Origin: Octopus sinensis | Lineage: Eukaryota | NCBI RefSeq assembly: GCF_006345805.1 | Contig: NC_043010.1 | Span: 18,910,001 to 18,974,000, forward strand | Direction: 5' to 3' | DNA length: 64,000 bases | In this document: piece after piece, positions 12,970-25,716 of the stretch | Layout: every line of letters begins with the position of its first letter | Position numbering within the stretch: the first letter of the stretch is position 1 | Translations under genes and position numbers: made by a program | The notes under the pieces: generated by a model | Told to the model about the DNA's origin: nothing | Databases searched by the model: none | Seen by the model: only the letters and a program-made list of their open reading frames with translations

Positions 12970-13267
12970 GTGCACACTTTTTATAATACTTTTATTTTTA
13001 TTTTTATGCGTATCATTGAAGTCGAGCTACTCAGTGGGGGAAAATTTCTCTTCCAGCATCCTTCTGTCATGACTCATCCATCATCATCAGTTTCTTTTTC
13101 TTTTCTTATCCTACACTACAATTTGCTACTGCTCTTGAGCCTCAATTTGCTCCCCATCTTCGCATAAGGATGGAATGGCCCTACTGGGTGGGGTTGAGAC
13201 TTTCGGTTTTATAAACCGAAGATGAATTAGATCTTCTTCGCCAATTCCGGTGATTCGATTGGTGATG
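12970..13267 (-). other. Candidate terminal exon of an unidentified transcript
   Basis: Acceptor ctatttttccatcag, short open frames (phase 1: SPIESPELAKKI*), and two AATAAA at 12991-13002 (minus). No homology recognised. Confidence 0.35.
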
Positions 13268-13280
13268 CTGATGGAAAAAT

Positions 13281-13605
13281 AGACCGCGAGATACAGCATC
13301 AGTTCGTGAGATACAGCAGCAGACCGTGAGAGACACCAGCAGACCGTGGGACACACCAGCAGACCGTGAGATACAGCAGCAGTCCATGATACACACCATC
13401 AGACCGTGAGACACACCAGTAGAACGTGAGATGCAGCAGCAGTTCGTGAGATACAGTAGTAGTCCGTGAGATAAACCAGCAGACCGTGATATACACCAAC
13501 AGACCGTGAGATACAGCAGCAGTCCGTGAGATAAACCAGCAGACCGTGATATACACCAACAGACCGTGAGATACAGCAGCAGTCCGTGAGACACACCAGT
13601 AGATA
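13281..13605. repeat. 20-bp minisatellite, about 16 units, consensus agaccgtgagatacagcagc
   Basis: Direct reading. 13461-13520 and 13521-13580 are identical 60-bp trimers. Confidence 0.95.
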
Positions 13606-13742
13606 CACCTTAAAAATATCTGAGCACAACAACAATCCTTCGCTTCTCTGTTGGTGGCGACGCATAAAATCGTATATGCCGTGTCAATACTAATTTGTAT
13701 GCATATGTCCATGTACATAACCGTGAAAGGAAGAAAAAGAGT

Positions 13743-13776
<34 letters not shown>

Positions 13777-14479
13777 GAAAGAGGGTGAGAAAGAGAAATC
13801 GAGTATTTATTAAATGATTATATGAATGTGTATATGAGTGACAAAATGGATGTCGATATACGCGTGTTTTTTCTGTATGCAGCTATGTGTGTGAATGTGA
13901 ATGTATAATTCCCACTTCATCCAATGACTTCAGTTATCCACATCAAATAATATATAAACAGCTGGCTAAGAAGATTTACAGGCTATTGAGTTATTACCCT
14001 TCTCACATTTACTTCTATCCACTGCATATTGGAGTGAATTCTGATGAAATCGGGACAAATAAACCGAACCTGAGTCACCGCAAAATCCCCATTAATCGTC
14101 ACCGCACTGGACCAAATGCTCAGCGGCATTTCTTCCTGTTCTTTACGTTCTGGATTCAAATTCCGCCGAGGCCGACTTTGCCTTTCATCCTTTTTGGGGG
14201 TCGATAAAATAAAATACTAGCTGAGCACTAGGGTTCGATGTAAAAGATTTATGCCCTCCACTAAAACTGCTGGACTTGTGCCAAAATATTAAGCTGTTAT
14301 CAAAAATCTCCGGACCTTAAGTCAAATTCTGGAATATAACTAGGTTCATCCTACCTTTCTCTCTAAGTGTAAAGAAAAAATAGGGAAAAGATTTCACCAG
14401 TTGATAGATTATTTTTAAAAGAAATAAATTGTAAGTGACAAATAGCATCCACAACTTTAAACACATGATAGCAACCAGA

Positions 14480-14830
14480 CCATCTACGTCCATGTTTGAG
14501 ACGAGTATAGGAAGAAAGAATCATGCCTACTGAACCGCGCCAGAAATGATTCGCGAAGCAAAAGTCAGCTCCACTGGCATCAACGGGAAGATTGAAAGCA
14601 AGAAATATATGGAAACGCTTGAAGGAAGCTTTATGCAACACTGTGCGAAGCACACTGTTTCAAAGATAGAGAGAAGAGCTTACCAACGGTTGTATCAGTA
14701 ACTCAAGGAGAACAACAACATCAAATGGAAGATTACAGAACGAACCAATCCTCATGTAATACTACACGAAAAGGCTCAAACGTGTAGTTCAATACTAGCT
14801 TAAACCGAGCCATTATTTTTCAAGATCCAG
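14480..14830 (+). mobile_element. Possible Penelope-like GIY-YIG endonuclease remnant
   Basis: Frameshifted KYMETLEGSF..H..FKDREK..LKENNNIKWKITERTNP resembles the C-terminal part of PLE endonucleases. Confidence 0.35.
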
Positions 14831-15328
14831 TTTAAATTTGGAATTCACACCTCTGAGACACTTGGTGTGGGTACTTGAGTACAGCAACGAAGGTAGTTGG
14901 GTACTCCTTTCTTAAATGTCTTTAAAAACTAAACTGCCACTCCGTAGACGATGAGTGTTCCAGTTGATTCGCTCAACGGAAGCGCTTGCTCGTGAAGTTG
15001 ACGTACAGTGTTCCCAGTCAATTTAATCACCGTCACAGGTGGACAGTCGAAATAAATAAATAGGCAAAATCCTTTCACCTTTATAATATTCTCTAACCAA
15101 TCCTCCGAGGTCGACTTTGCCTTTCATCCTTTCGGGGTCGACGAACTGAGTACCAGTTGCGTACTGGGGTCGATCTAATCGACTGGCCCGCTCCCCCAAA
15201 ATTTCGGGCCTTGTGCCTAGAGTAGAAAAGGATATTCATCGCGTACAGTGTCCCTACTCAATTTAATCACCGTCGCAGGTGATAATATAATATTCTCTAA
15301 CCAAGTAATTATACACAATTACAACATA

Positions 15329-15837
15329 TCTATATATATAAAACTGTAGTTGTGTGTCTGTCCCCTTCGATTTAGATTCCTAACTACTCCCACATTTTGC
15401 GGTGCAGTTTAACCAAATTCGGGTATCTTATAGTCGTGATTCATATCGAGCCCGTCTGAGTATTAGCGCGCGTCTACGATGAGTCTACGATTTTTAAAAT
15501 AATTTAACATCATTTTTTATTCCATTTTAATGCATAATTTTTCGTGTGTCGATGGCGGCGGAGTTGGCGTCCATGGTCACACCTGCACCTGTTTGCTTCT
15601 CCCCCTTCTTCTCTCCCTCGTGAAGCTGTGGGGAAGGGAGTGTAAGGAAATCAACGTCGTAAAGCGTTGTCAAGGAGACCAGCGTTCTTTTAGAACAACG
15701 ACTTCATGGCTTGAAGACACCAAAACAGAAATGGCTAAGAAAGCCCGAATTGGCATCTATAAGGGAAGTAACTCTCTAAAAATGCTTATATAGTTATTTC
15801 CCTTACAAACCCGAGCAACGCCGGGCGATACTGCTAG
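15329..15837 (+). mobile_element. Non-autonomous Helitron, copy 1
   Basis: A|TC start, subterminal hairpin CCCGAGCAACGCCGGG and CTAG|T end. Confidence 0.85.
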
Positions 15838-16118
15838 TCTTTATATATAAAAGTGAAGTTGTGTGTCTGTCTCCTACGATTTAGATTCCTAACTACTCCC
15901 ACATTTTGCGGTGCAGTTTAACCAAAACCGGGTATCTTATAGTCGTGATTCATATCGAGCCCTTCTGGGTATTAGCGCGCGTCTACGATGAGTCTACGAT
16001 TAAAAAAAAAATTTACCATCATTTTTACCCATTTTTAATGCAATTTTTGCTATTATATAAGGGAAGTAACTCTCTAAAAATGCTTATATAGTTGAGCAAC
16101 GCCGGGCGATACTGCTAG
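15838..16118 (+). mobile_element. Non-autonomous Helitron, copy 2 (head-to-tail with copy 1, internally deleted)
   Basis: Its TC start immediately follows the CTAG of copy 1. Same 5' 200 bp and same 3' end. Confidence 0.85.
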
Positions 16119-16764
16119 TAAATAATAAATTTTAAAAATGTGAAAAAACCACTAAAAATTATTCTCTAATGCCAATATACGACCATATAGATTAAAAACG
16201 TATGGAAGACCCTACATCCAAAAAAAACTATGTACATACAACGAAAAATTCGTGTGTGTGTGCATGTGTGTTCAAGCATTCACGTATACGTGCGACGTAA
16301 TATGAACCATAATGCGCAAATAAATTTGAGAACAATTTTTCCACTGCGTGCAGTATCATACAACTACACCACTACAACAACTATGAAGGAAAATTCCAGC
16401 CTCTCCCTGCAGTAACCAAACCGTCACGTGATGCATGTGTGACCTTTGTTACTGTTCAGGTATATGCTCTCGTGTGTGCGTGAAAAAGACCGTCTGCCCA
16501 CATGTGCATAACTGTGAATGTAGCTTCGTAACAAGTCATCTCCGGTGCAAGGGAAACAACTCTGCAATCAAACATCTTGAATTAACTTCCTTCTATCTGC
16601 AAATACCTGTGATTTTTATTTCAAACTTTAAAATATAAATCACTTCAAAATTTGAAGTATGTGCTACACTCTTTATCGAACCAGAATACAACGAAAATAC
16701 AGAAATATTCAAGCAAGCAATGGCAATTAATCCAAGGAGTTGCAATTTCAGATTTATGCTAATA

Positions 16765-17158
16765 CTAGCAGTATCGCCCGGCGTTGCTCGGGTTTATTTC
16801 GACCCTTTAGAATTGGCATTTTTGAAAAGTAAAACTTTTGCATTATGTAACTTGTTATTCTCTTTAAGTGAACATTTTTCTGGTTGAAATACACCCATAA
16901 ATGGCGACACAGCAGTCAGAAAATCGTAAAAAATAAGGATTTTCGTAGAAAAAAAGCACCTTTTTGATGTAAATAATTTTTGGTGTTATCATGGTCCGAT
17001 TTTAATTTTTTCTTCTACGGAAGGAAGAGCAAGCCTTCTTCTATCATACTCTCAATTTTGGTCAATTTGCGCCGCAGGGTCTCGGAGGAGATAGTGTTAG
17101 CTGAAGGCTACCAAACCTGCCCCCCACACAGACAACTTCAGCTTTATATATAGAGAGA
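16765..17158 (-). mobile_element. Non-autonomous Helitron, copy 3 (same termini, different interior)
   Basis: Reverse complement starts TCTCTCTATATATAAAGCTGAAGTTGTCTGTGT and ends CCCGAGCAACGCCGGGCGATACTGCTAG. Confidence 0.8.
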
Positions 17159-17227
17159 TGAGGAAATTGTCTGTCATCGTTCACATCGTAGCCTTTGTGT
17201 TGTACCTACACACACGCGCGCGCGCAT

Positions 17228-17378
17228 ATACGATGGGCTTCTTCGAGTTTCCATCTACCATATTCATTCACAAGGCTGAGGCTATCGTAGAGGACACATG
17301 CCCAAGGTTCCACGCAGTGGGACTGAACCCGAGATCATGTGGATGGGGTGCAAACCTCCCACTGTACAGTCACGCATG
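17228..17378 (-). mobile_element. SINE A 5' half
   Basis: Reverse complement of the head seen at 48183. Confidence 0.75.
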
Positions 17379-18279
17379 TGCCAATATATATTGGCTATAC
17401 GTCTATTCTACTTATTCCTTCGTTTCACGAAACTTTCTCGCTAACGCTCTTTGACCAATGTCCATAAAATGATACTCACTGTCGCCCGCTGTCTACAATC
17501 TTAGAATTTTCAGATTTTTTCTGCTGCTGTCACAGTTTTCAAGGTTTTGAATTTTATTCCAGTCGAGAGCCGTAGATACATTGGTGCCCGTTCCCATAGT
17601 AACAAACCCAGACATTGTCTGCTTAAAATCGCTACAGCCACTTCGTGTAATTTCTTCACTTATTTTCTTTGACGAGTTTTTAAATTTTCGCTACAAAAAT
17701 GTATTAATTGTTTACCCGAACCGAACTATTATTACAGTATAACGTACAATTTGTTTCTTTTTTGGCATTTTTCGCAAAAAATATCTCTCTGTGAATTTTT
17801 CCTTCTCAAATTGTTCGAACGTTTTACATTATTTTATCAGACAGAAACACTTATGGGTCTTTTCTGTTGCTGTCACAGTTCTTGACATTTTAAATTAAGT
17901 GAAACTTTTCAAATTTGGTATATTCACGTAATTTTCCTCGGTGATTTTGATTTCGTTATTGACTTGTTCCAGGAAAAAAAAATTAGAAAAATATTCACGG
18001 AAATTTGTCATTAATGATTTTTCCTTTCCATATCACCTGTTCTAACGTTTCACATGACTTTATTCTTTTAAACTTATTAAAACTTAGAAATTTCTTACAA
18101 CTTTCGTCGTCATATTACGTTTTCATTTTGTTAAATAAAAGTTTGTCGACGATAATGTCGTTATAGACAGCTATCCCGTAGAAAATGCCCGCTTCCGAAT
18201 CTTGTTTCATGATTAGGTAAAGATGATCAAACTTAAAACCTCTGTTACATTTTGCTAAAAATTTTCTGTAACAAGTGAA

Positions 18280-18595
18280 GGATCTTTTCCTTTTGAACTG
18301 CACTTTGTAACATAATTTCTAGGTAACTAAAAAGTTTTAAACTTCGCATACTGGTAGAATGTGTTTATAAAGCATCTTTTTCTCTTGGCTTTATTGAGAA
18401 AATTCTATAGTTTGTAAGATATTTCGTCTGAAATTTCTTGCATTTCGGCAATTTCAACCAATCACTGACGTCTATTGAGGTAAAAAAACATTTTGTGCCG
18501 TATGAATATGTCCCTCGTTAAAGAAACAGATTGGGTTTATTTACATTTGTGAAGAAAAAAGATACCCTTCCCCCACCCCCAACTAAATCTAAAAT
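18280..18595 (-). mobile_element. Older truncated copy of the Merlin-type MITE
   Basis: Interior matches 27150-27432 in reverse complement, with one degenerate TIR at 18280-18307. Confidence 0.75.
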
Positions 18596-18913
18596 ATCTG
18601 TTTCTATCTGTAATTACTACTACACAATGATGAGAACACAAACACAAACTATACAAGGAAAATCTACGGCATCTATCTTTACTTTGCATGCTTTAAGATG
18701 TTATCACCTGCCCGTCGAGGCAAGGTATTTCCTTTACAACTTTAATCACTCTTCTTTCATCCTTACATAATCGACTTCAACGAAGAACCAATCCTTACAA
18801 ACTGATTGCGACTCCGACATTCCATACTATTATTCACAAAAATAAATCTTCCACCGTTACAAATATGATCCGGGTTCTTACTAAAAAACCGTAGTCTTAG
18901 CTATATATATAAG

Positions 18914-19498
18914 TGTAAGAATTAGCACTTCCTTCTCAAAGCTTGGATTCGAAATCAGACCCAAGAATCATTGGTCGTAAAATACCAATGCACAAAAAGG
19001 CGCGAAATCAGAATCTCTTTGTTCTGACAAAAAATGATGGATCGTCTCCCTTCGACCTCTGACCCGAGCAGGTCAGGCGAAGTTTAACAGGACGACCAGC
19101 GACCTACTGTACGCAATAACACTCTTGCGGTATATCTATTTTTCTGGCTATTTGAGATGTTATAAATAGAACGGAGAAATAGGTATCTGGAGAGAAGCCG
19201 AACCAACGTTTAAGAGAACGACACGCATTTATGAGGACGACGAAAGAATAATCAGAAAGGTGACTCTGTCATGCATGATTTACACACACACACACACACA
19301 CACCATCAAACATATTCTGCTTTAATGTGTGTCCTGTATTATGCATTCCTTTAATATGTATTATTTGCAACCACTATTTAATATGCATTTTGTACAAGCG
19401 ATGTGTAACATTGCTTACAAATTGATGTAGTGATAATAAATCTTTAATTTATTACAAAGCACTTATGTATTTATTAATACATCCACGCATCCACTACA
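18914..19498 (+). repeat. 5' LTR
   Basis: TGTAAG...CTACA with TATAAATA at about 19161, AATAAA at 19435-19440 and internal (AC)11. Confidence 0.97.
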
Positions 19499-19500
19499 TT

Positions 19501-19511
19501 TGGTGACCCCG
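19501..19511 (+). promoter_or_regulatory. Primer-binding site complementary to tRNA-Trp 3' end
   Basis: TGGTGACCCCG 2 nt after the LTR equals the first 11 nt of the tRNA-Trp PBS TGGTGACCCCGACGTGAT. Confidence 0.85.
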
Positions 19512-19616
19512 TAAAACGAATCGCGCCTTCCCTGGAACCAGCTTCATCAACCGCGTCGAAGAATTACAGTTTGCACATCACCAGCAACGAAGCAACTGAA
19601 AATTCCGACAAAAACA

Positions 19617-20492
19617 ATGAATCTCCCGGAACAAAACCCAGCGGCCAACATCGACATGGCATTCCAAGCGGCGATCTCGTTAAAAATTCCACCATTCTGG
19701 ACCCACGACCCGACATTGTGGTTTCACCATATAGAGGCACAGTTTGCCTCTCACAGAATATCGAGCGATGCGGCTCGACTTTCTCACGTTATCAGTTCTC
19801 TGTCACCAGAAATAACGAACGTGATACGCGACCTTATCATGGCACCACCCGGTTCTGTTTCATATGAAGTTTTTAAAACCACGTTAATAAACAGAACCTC
19901 AGAATCCCAACAAAAAAGACTTCACCAGCTTCTGATATCGGAAGAATTGGGTGACAAAACGCCGTCCCAGCTTCTTCGGAGAATGAAACAGCTTCTCGGA
20001 GATGAGACGCTCCCAGAAAAAATCTTCAAGCAACTTTTTCTCCAGCGTCTGCCCTCCAATACCCAGGTTGTTCTCGCGTCCACCAGAGAAAACACATCCC
20101 TTGAAGAACTGGCGGAGCTAGCTGACAAAATAGCCGAAGTACCGCACAGATATCCAACGGTATCGACGGTGACGCCAGCCGCTCCCAGTACCAATCCTTT
20201 CCGTGCACAAACCAGTTCTTCAGAGATTTCGGATTTGCGTGCATTAATGACGCAGCAAGCTGCGCAAATACAAATTCTCACAGCCCAAATACAAGCCCTA
20301 AAGTTTAGTCCCCAGCGTCGAAGCACCAGCCGATCTCGACGAGATGGCAGACGGTCTCGAAGCCCCAGTGCTACCCGAAACTCACATGACACGTGTTGGT
20401 ACCACCGAACATTCGGAACACGGGCACAAAAATGTACGGTACCGTGCTCGTTTTCCTCACCCAGTTCGGGAAACGGCACAGCCAGGAATTGA
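19617..20492 (+). CDS. gag: Gag polyprotein (291 aa)
   Basis: LKIPPFW...WF..IEAQF N-terminus and C-terminal CWYH-x9-C-x3-C zinc knuckle typical of Mag-like elements. Confidence 0.92.
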   Translation: MNLPEQNPAANIDMAFQAAISLKIPPFWTHDPTLWFHHIEAQFASHRISSDAARLSHVISSLSPEITNVIRDLIMAPPGSVSYEVFKTTLINRTSESQQKRLHQLLISEELGDKTPSQLLRRMKQLLGDETLPEKIFKQLFLQRLPSNTQVVLASTRENTSLEELAELADKIAEVPHRYPTVSTVTPAAPSTNPFRAQTSSSEISDLRALMTQQAAQIQILTAQIQALKFSPQRRSTSRSRRDGRRSRSPSATRNSHDTCWYHRTFGTRAQKCTVPCSFSSPSSGNGTARN

Positions 20493-23400
20493 ACGCGACG
20501 GAAATTCCTGGTTCGCACCCACACAGTCGCCTGTTTTTCGTTTGCGATCGTGTAACAGGCACGCGTTTCCTGGTTGACACAGGTGCGGAAGTCAGCATCA
20601 TCCCAGTCTCCAACACTTCTGGAAAAAGAAAAGAGACATCAGTCTGTCTTCAGGCAGTCAACCATTCACCCATTCCAACCTACGGTGAACAGTCCCTAAC
20701 ATTAAACATAGGACTACGCCGCACATTTCAGTGGGTATTCGTCGTCGCTAAACTGCCGACCCCTATCTTAGGAGCCGATTTCCTGCATCATTTCGGTCTC
20801 CTGGTAGACATAAAGAACAGACGACTTGTCGACACCACCACCAAGCTTACTGTGCGCGGTATAGCCGCTCGAATGGACACAGTCAGCCCAACTGTAATGC
20901 TTACGACAACGACTCGTCACAGTTCCATCCTGAATGATTATCCAGATGTCGCCCGGCCAGTTTTTCATAACCAGCCGATAAAGCACGACGTTACCCACCA
21001 CATCAAAACCAGCGGTCCACCTGTTGCTGCAAGGCCCAGAAGGTTACCACCTGATCGTCTCCAGGCCGTCAAGCGGGAATTCCAGCACATGCTCGACCTC
21101 GGAATCATCCGCGTTTCCAGCAGCAACTGGTCCTCGCCGATACACTGCGTCCCAAAAAAATCATCGACCGATTGGCGGGTTTGCGGCGATTATCGATCAC
21201 TGAATAAAAGCACTATCAGTGATGCCTATCCGGTGCCTTTTCTTCAGGACTTTTCGAGCTCGCTGCATGGAGCTCGCATCTTTTCAAAAATCGACCTGGT
21301 GCGAGCATACAACCAAATCCCAGTCGAACCTGCAGACATCTCAAAGACAGCAGTGACTACACCTTTCGGAATGTTTGAATTCCTGCGTATGCCTTTCGGT
21401 TTACGAAACGCGGCACAGACATTCCAAAGGTTTATCGACATGGTGACTAGAGGTTTGCCTTTCGTCTATGCCTACATAGACGACATACTCGTGGCCAGTA
21501 ACTCGGACGAAGAGCATAATCAACACCTTCACCTGCTATTCGGACGACTACGTCAATTTGGAATTGTTATCAACCCTACCAAATGTTTGTTCGGAGTTGC
21601 TTCCCTTCATTTTCTCGGCCATATAGTCGATAAAAATGGAATTCGTCCCCTTCCCGAGAAAGTCAAGGCCATCGTGGATTTTCCACCACCCACATCTCTC
21701 CGCAAATTAAGGGAATATCTCGGTCTAGCGAATTTCTATCGACGGTTCGTGCCCCACCTCGCTGAAATAGCGCAACCGCTCACGGATTTGCTACGTCAGC
21801 GAACCTGCAAAAACGCAGATATAGCTCTGACCGAAGATCAACTCGTTTCTTTCGCTGCCCTGAAAAAAGCGTTATCTAGCGCTACCATGTTGGTTTATCC
21901 AAAACCAGACGCCCCACGATGTTTACTCGTTGATGCATCCGATTCCGGAATCGGAGGTGTGCTACAACAGCTTGTTGACGGTATATGGCAACCGTTGTCT
22001 TTCTTTTCTAAGCGGTTAAAACCCGCGGAAACCAAATACAGCACATTCAGTCGGGAATTATTGGCGGCATACCTGGCCGTTAAGCATTTCCGTCATATGC
22101 TAGAAGGTACCAATTTTGCCATATATACCGACCACAAGCCATTAGTATACGCATTTAACACCAAACCGGATCGCCATTCGCCGAGAGAAATTCGTCACCT
22201 CGACTTCATATCGCAGTACACGACGGATATACGCCACATCAAAGGGACGACCAACGTGGCAGCCGATGCACTTTCACGTGCGCAGATCAATGCTATCCAC
22301 ACCACGTCTACAATTGATCTGGCACGTATAGCAGCTGACCAGGAGAATGACGAAGAACTTCTAAAGCTCCGGAATTCGTCATCTCTGAAATTTCAGCATG
22401 TTCCACTACCATCATCCACAGCCCATATATGGTGTGATATTTCCACTGGTTACCAACGCCCTTATGTACCACAGAAATATCGTCGAGAAGTTTTCTCCGC
22501 TCTACATTCTCTGTCACATCCTGGTATTCGCTCCACTCAAAAGCTAATATCGACCCGTTTTGTGTGGACCAGTATCAACAAGGATATCAGAGAATGGACC
22601 AAGTGCTGTGTTGCGTGCCAAAAAGCGAAAATCCACCGGCACATAAAATCACCAATCGGTTCATTTTCGCAGCCCGATGCACGATTTCAGCACGTTCACA
22701 TTGATATCGTTGGACCCCTGCCACCTTCGCAGAACTATTCATATTTGCTAACTTGCGTAGATAGGTTCTCGCGATGGCCCGAAGCCTGGCCCCTATCTGA
22801 TATATCAGCAGAAACGGTCGCTAAAACGCTGATATCACAATGGGTTTCGCGTTTTGGCACACCCGCAACAATTACCACCGACAGAGGACGTCAGTTCGAT
22901 TCCCACCTTTTCACCGAGCTGACTCGTCTCCTCGGGTGTAAACACACCCGCACTACAGCTTACCACCCTGCAGCAAATGGCATGGTGGAACGCTTTCACC
23001 GCCAACTCAAGGCATCTATAAAAGCAGCTCCAGACAGTTCTCACTGGTTGGAACATCTCCCTCTCATCCTCCTTGGAATTCGATCCACGATTAAGGAAGA
23101 ACTGGGATATACTCCGGCCGAACTCGTTTATGGCACAACACTCACCTTACCTGGGCAGATGATCGAACCTGTTTCACAAAACTTCCCTGACCCACAACAA
23201 TATGTGCACCGATTACGAACATCCATGTCGCAAGTATCACCCTCAGGCCCCAGACAACAGAACGTCGTTTCACGTGTCCCAAAAGATATCAACACATGGA
23301 CTCATGTCTTCGTGAGGAATGATGGGATACCCTCTCAACTTCGACCACCATATTCCGGGCCCTACAAGGTCATCAAAAGAGAACCCAAGTATTTCGTCCT

Positions 23401-23635
23401 CGATATTGGAGGTAAACGAAATACGGTCTCGATTGATCGTTTAAAAAAAGCTTTCATCGAGGAGGACTTACATTCAGTCCCCTCTTTTCCTCAAACAGAC
23501 TCGGCAACTCCAGCGAACACCACAGATGCTGCACAACCCCGACACACCAAATCAGGAAGAACAGTTCGATGGCCAGCAAGGTTTGTGCAAGTTTTTCGGG
23601 TAAGTTCTGAACTCCTAACGTATCCATCTTCCTAA
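20393..23635 (+). CDS. pol: Pol polyprotein (protease, RT, RNase H, integrase), uninterrupted
   Basis: FLVDTGA, YIDD, VDAS..GIG.VL, HHCC zinc finger, DIVGP..D.G.QF..E integrase triad and GPY motif. Confidence 0.97.
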   Translation: MLVPPNIRNTGTKMYGTVLVFLTQFGKRHSQELNATEIPGSHPHSRLFFVCDRVTGTRFLVDTGAEVSIIPVSNTSGKRKETSVCLQAVNHSPIPTYGEQSLTLNIGLRRTFQWVFVVAKLPTPILGADFLHHFGLLVDIKNRRLVDTTTKLTVRGIAARMDTVSPTVMLTTTTRHSSILNDYPDVARPVFHNQPIKHDVTHHIKTSGPPVAARPRRLPPDRLQAVKREFQHMLDLGIIRVSSSNWSSPIHCVPKKSSTDWRVCGDYRSLNKSTISDAYPVPFLQDFSSSLHGARIFSKIDLVRAYNQIPVEPADISKTAVTTPFGMFEFLRMPFGLRNAAQTFQRFIDMVTRGLPFVYAYIDDILVASNSDEEHNQHLHLLFGRLRQFGIVINPTKCLFGVASLHFLGHIVDKNGIRPLPEKVKAIVDFPPPTSLRKLREYLGLANFYRRFVPHLAEIAQPLTDLLRQRTCKNADIALTEDQLVSFAALKKALSSATMLVYPKPDAPRCLLVDASDSGIGGVLQQLVDGIWQPLSFFSKRLKPAETKYSTFSRELLAAYLAVKHFRHMLEGTNFAIYTDHKPLVYAFNTKPDRHSPREIRHLDFISQYTTDIRHIKGTTNVAADALSRAQINAIHTTSTIDLARIAADQENDEELLKLRNSSSLKFQHVPLPSSTAHIWCDISTGYQRPYVPQKYRREVFSALHSLSHPGIRSTQKLISTRFVWTSINKDIREWTKCCVACQKAKIHRHIKSPIGSFSQPDARFQHVHIDIVGPLPPSQNYSYLLTCVDRFSRWPEAWPLSDISAETVAKTLISQWVSRFGTPATITTDRGRQFDSHLFTELTRLLGCKHTRTTAYHPAANGMVERFHRQLKASIKAAPDSSHWLEHLPLILLGIRSTIKEELGYTPAELVYGTTLTLPGQMIEPVSQNFPDPQQYVHRLRTSMSQVSPSGPRQQNVVSRVPKDINTWTHVFVRNDGIPSQLRPPYSGPYKVIKREPKYFVLDIGGKRNTVSIDRLKKAFIEEDLHSVPSFPQTDSATPANTTDAAQPRHTKSGRTVRWPARFVQVFRVSSELLTYPSS
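20468..20511 (+). promoter_or_regulatory. -1 programmed ribosomal frameshift signal
   Basis: G GGA AAC in the gag frame, 7-nt spacer, then a 9-bp stem CCAGGAATT/AATTCCTGG. pol is in the -1 frame. Confidence 0.8.
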
Positions 23636-24192
23636 TGAACACATAACTGCATCACCCACCCAGAGAAATCAAAGAACATTTGTGTACGTAAAGAAAAAAA
23701 AAATGAAAACAAAAACTGTCTGTATGAACTTTTACGGAACATTTCAAAATCGAACTTTGCCGATGAACATTTCTTTCATTTTTGCATGTACATATTTTTT
23801 GTTTTCTCTTCAAAATGTTTGCTTTCTCATAAATATATTTTTTTGCTAACTGTATATCCACACACATTTACAAATCTTGTTCTCATGCGTGCTATCACTC
23901 GATTTTTTTTTTCGCCACTGAAAGATACCTTGTCTCTATTAGACCTCTAGTAGGTCGAGTAATCAATAGACGCACATCTCTTTCAACGCGCCAACATAAT
24001 TCTGCCTGGGCACATATACATATTGCCCACCATATAGCACATACAAATTGTAAACCTTTCATCCATATTTTTATCGTTCAATGTGTAAAAAAAATTTTTT
24101 TCTACATGCACACAATCAAAAAAAAAAAAAATAATAAAAATAATAATAATAATACATTTCCAATATCGTTCGATCTCTGTGGCTTTCTCACT

Positions 24193-24205
24193 AGAAGGGG
24201 GGTAG
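24193..24205 (+). promoter_or_regulatory. Polypurine tract
   Basis: AGAAGGGGGGTAG immediately before the 3' LTR. Confidence 0.85.
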
Positions 24206-24790
24206 TGTAAGAATTAGCACTTCCTTCTCAAAGCTTGGATTCGAAATCAGACCCAAGAATCATTGGTCGTAAAATACCAATGCACAAAAAGGCGCGAAAT
24301 CAGAATCTCTTTGTTCTGACAAAAAATGATGGATCGTCTCCCTTCGACCTCTGACCCGAGCAGGTCAGGCGAAGTTTAACAGGACGACCAGCGACCTACT
24401 GTACGCAATAACACTCTTGCGGTATATCTATTTTTCTGGCTATTTGAGATGTTATAAATAGAACGGAGAAATAGGTATCTGGAGAGAAGCCGAACCAACG
24501 TTTAAGAGAACGACACGCATTTATGAGGACGACGAAAGAATAATCAGAAAGGTGACTCTGTCATGCATGATTTACACACACACACACACACACACCATCA
24601 AACATATTCTGCTTTAATGTGTGTCCTGTATTATGCATTCCTTTAATATGTATTATTTGCAACCACTATTTAATATGCATTTTGTACAAGCGATGTGTAA
24701 CATTGCTTACAAATTGATGTAGTGATAATAAATCTTTAATTTATTACAAAGCACTTATGTATTTATTAATACATCCACGCATCCACTACA
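24206..24790 (+). repeat. 3' LTR
   Basis: Same length as the 5' LTR, with no difference found by eye. Confidence 0.97.
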
Positions 24791-25682
24791 TAAGAAAGAA
24801 TAGAATGGAGTGGGCATGGTTGGAACTCCTTTGATCATAGACCTGCTGGATGATCACTGCTGGCTTGGGGTTAAAAAAGAAGCAAAAACATTAAGACAGC
24901 TACTTTGAGTTCGAACCTGCGACCCTTGAATGCTGTATTACACTTCAAAACTCATCAATATTCTTTTAAAATACGCATTATTTTATGGCCAGGGAGTTAG
25001 CTTTGCAACTGCGTGGTTTCTGGTTCAATACCAATGCATGGCGTCCTGAGACAGTGTTTTCCACAATAACCTTGGATCGACCAAAGTCTTGAAAGAGGAA
25101 GAAAACTTGTCGGTGGAAACATTACTGTTTTTGGTAGGATTGTTGTTGAACACCAGCAGTTGGCCTATGGGTGCCTTTAAGGGAGCCCAGTCTGTTGTCA
25201 GGTTCCTGGTTTGAGGATATCGTGACCTCCATCACCACCACTGTCTCAGCGGTCTTTGGCACAAGATAAAGGATACCAGCCTTCTAAAAAAAAGCATGGG
25301 ATATTAGAGCCATAAACCGTAGCGGTATGTTGGATCACTGCTAAATGTAAAGGGAGAAGTCAGCTTGGTGCCAGTCCAAAAGTCTTCAGGTTATACTTCG
25401 TAGAATATTGCCGAAGATTACATGTTCCAAGAGGTAGTGATTGGAGTAAAATAGTTCACCCCAAAATCGAACTTACATTTAGTAAAGTGAAATGTTAAAA
25501 ATTAATATCGATATATTCGGTTTATAATATGTGATCGATAAATTCACGGCTGAACAAGAATTCAGACCTAAAATATGATTTTATTCCACAGCTTTATCTG
25601 ATAAAACGGTACAGAGACGTTCGAGTAGACGTGGAAAAGCTTTATCAGGAAGCGGGCTGCATGAGACATGGCTCGTCATCAG

Positions 25683-25716
<34 letters not shown>

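Larger units (their letters stand above)
18914..24790 (+). mobile_element. Full-length Gypsy/Ty3 (Mag-like) LTR retrotransposon
   Basis: Two 585-bp TG...CA LTRs, TAAG TSD (18910-18913 and 24791-24794), PBS, PPT, and open gag and pol. Confidence 0.97.

Noticed and set aside
14036-14080. CTGATGA...CCGAACC hammerhead-like
   Set aside because: GAAA is incomplete and there is no stem I complementarity.
19922-23056. Antisense ORFs within gag/pol
   Set aside because: Expected shadows of long GC-balanced coding sequence, with no motifs.
23636-24192. Possible env or extra ORF in the Gypsy 3' region
   Set aside because: About 550 bp, A/T-run-rich, with no credible ORF.
25615-25685. Minus-strand CTGATGACGAG...CTCGAACGTC
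   Set aside because: One core A is missing, stem II is mostly unpaired, and stem I comes from the LINE tail.
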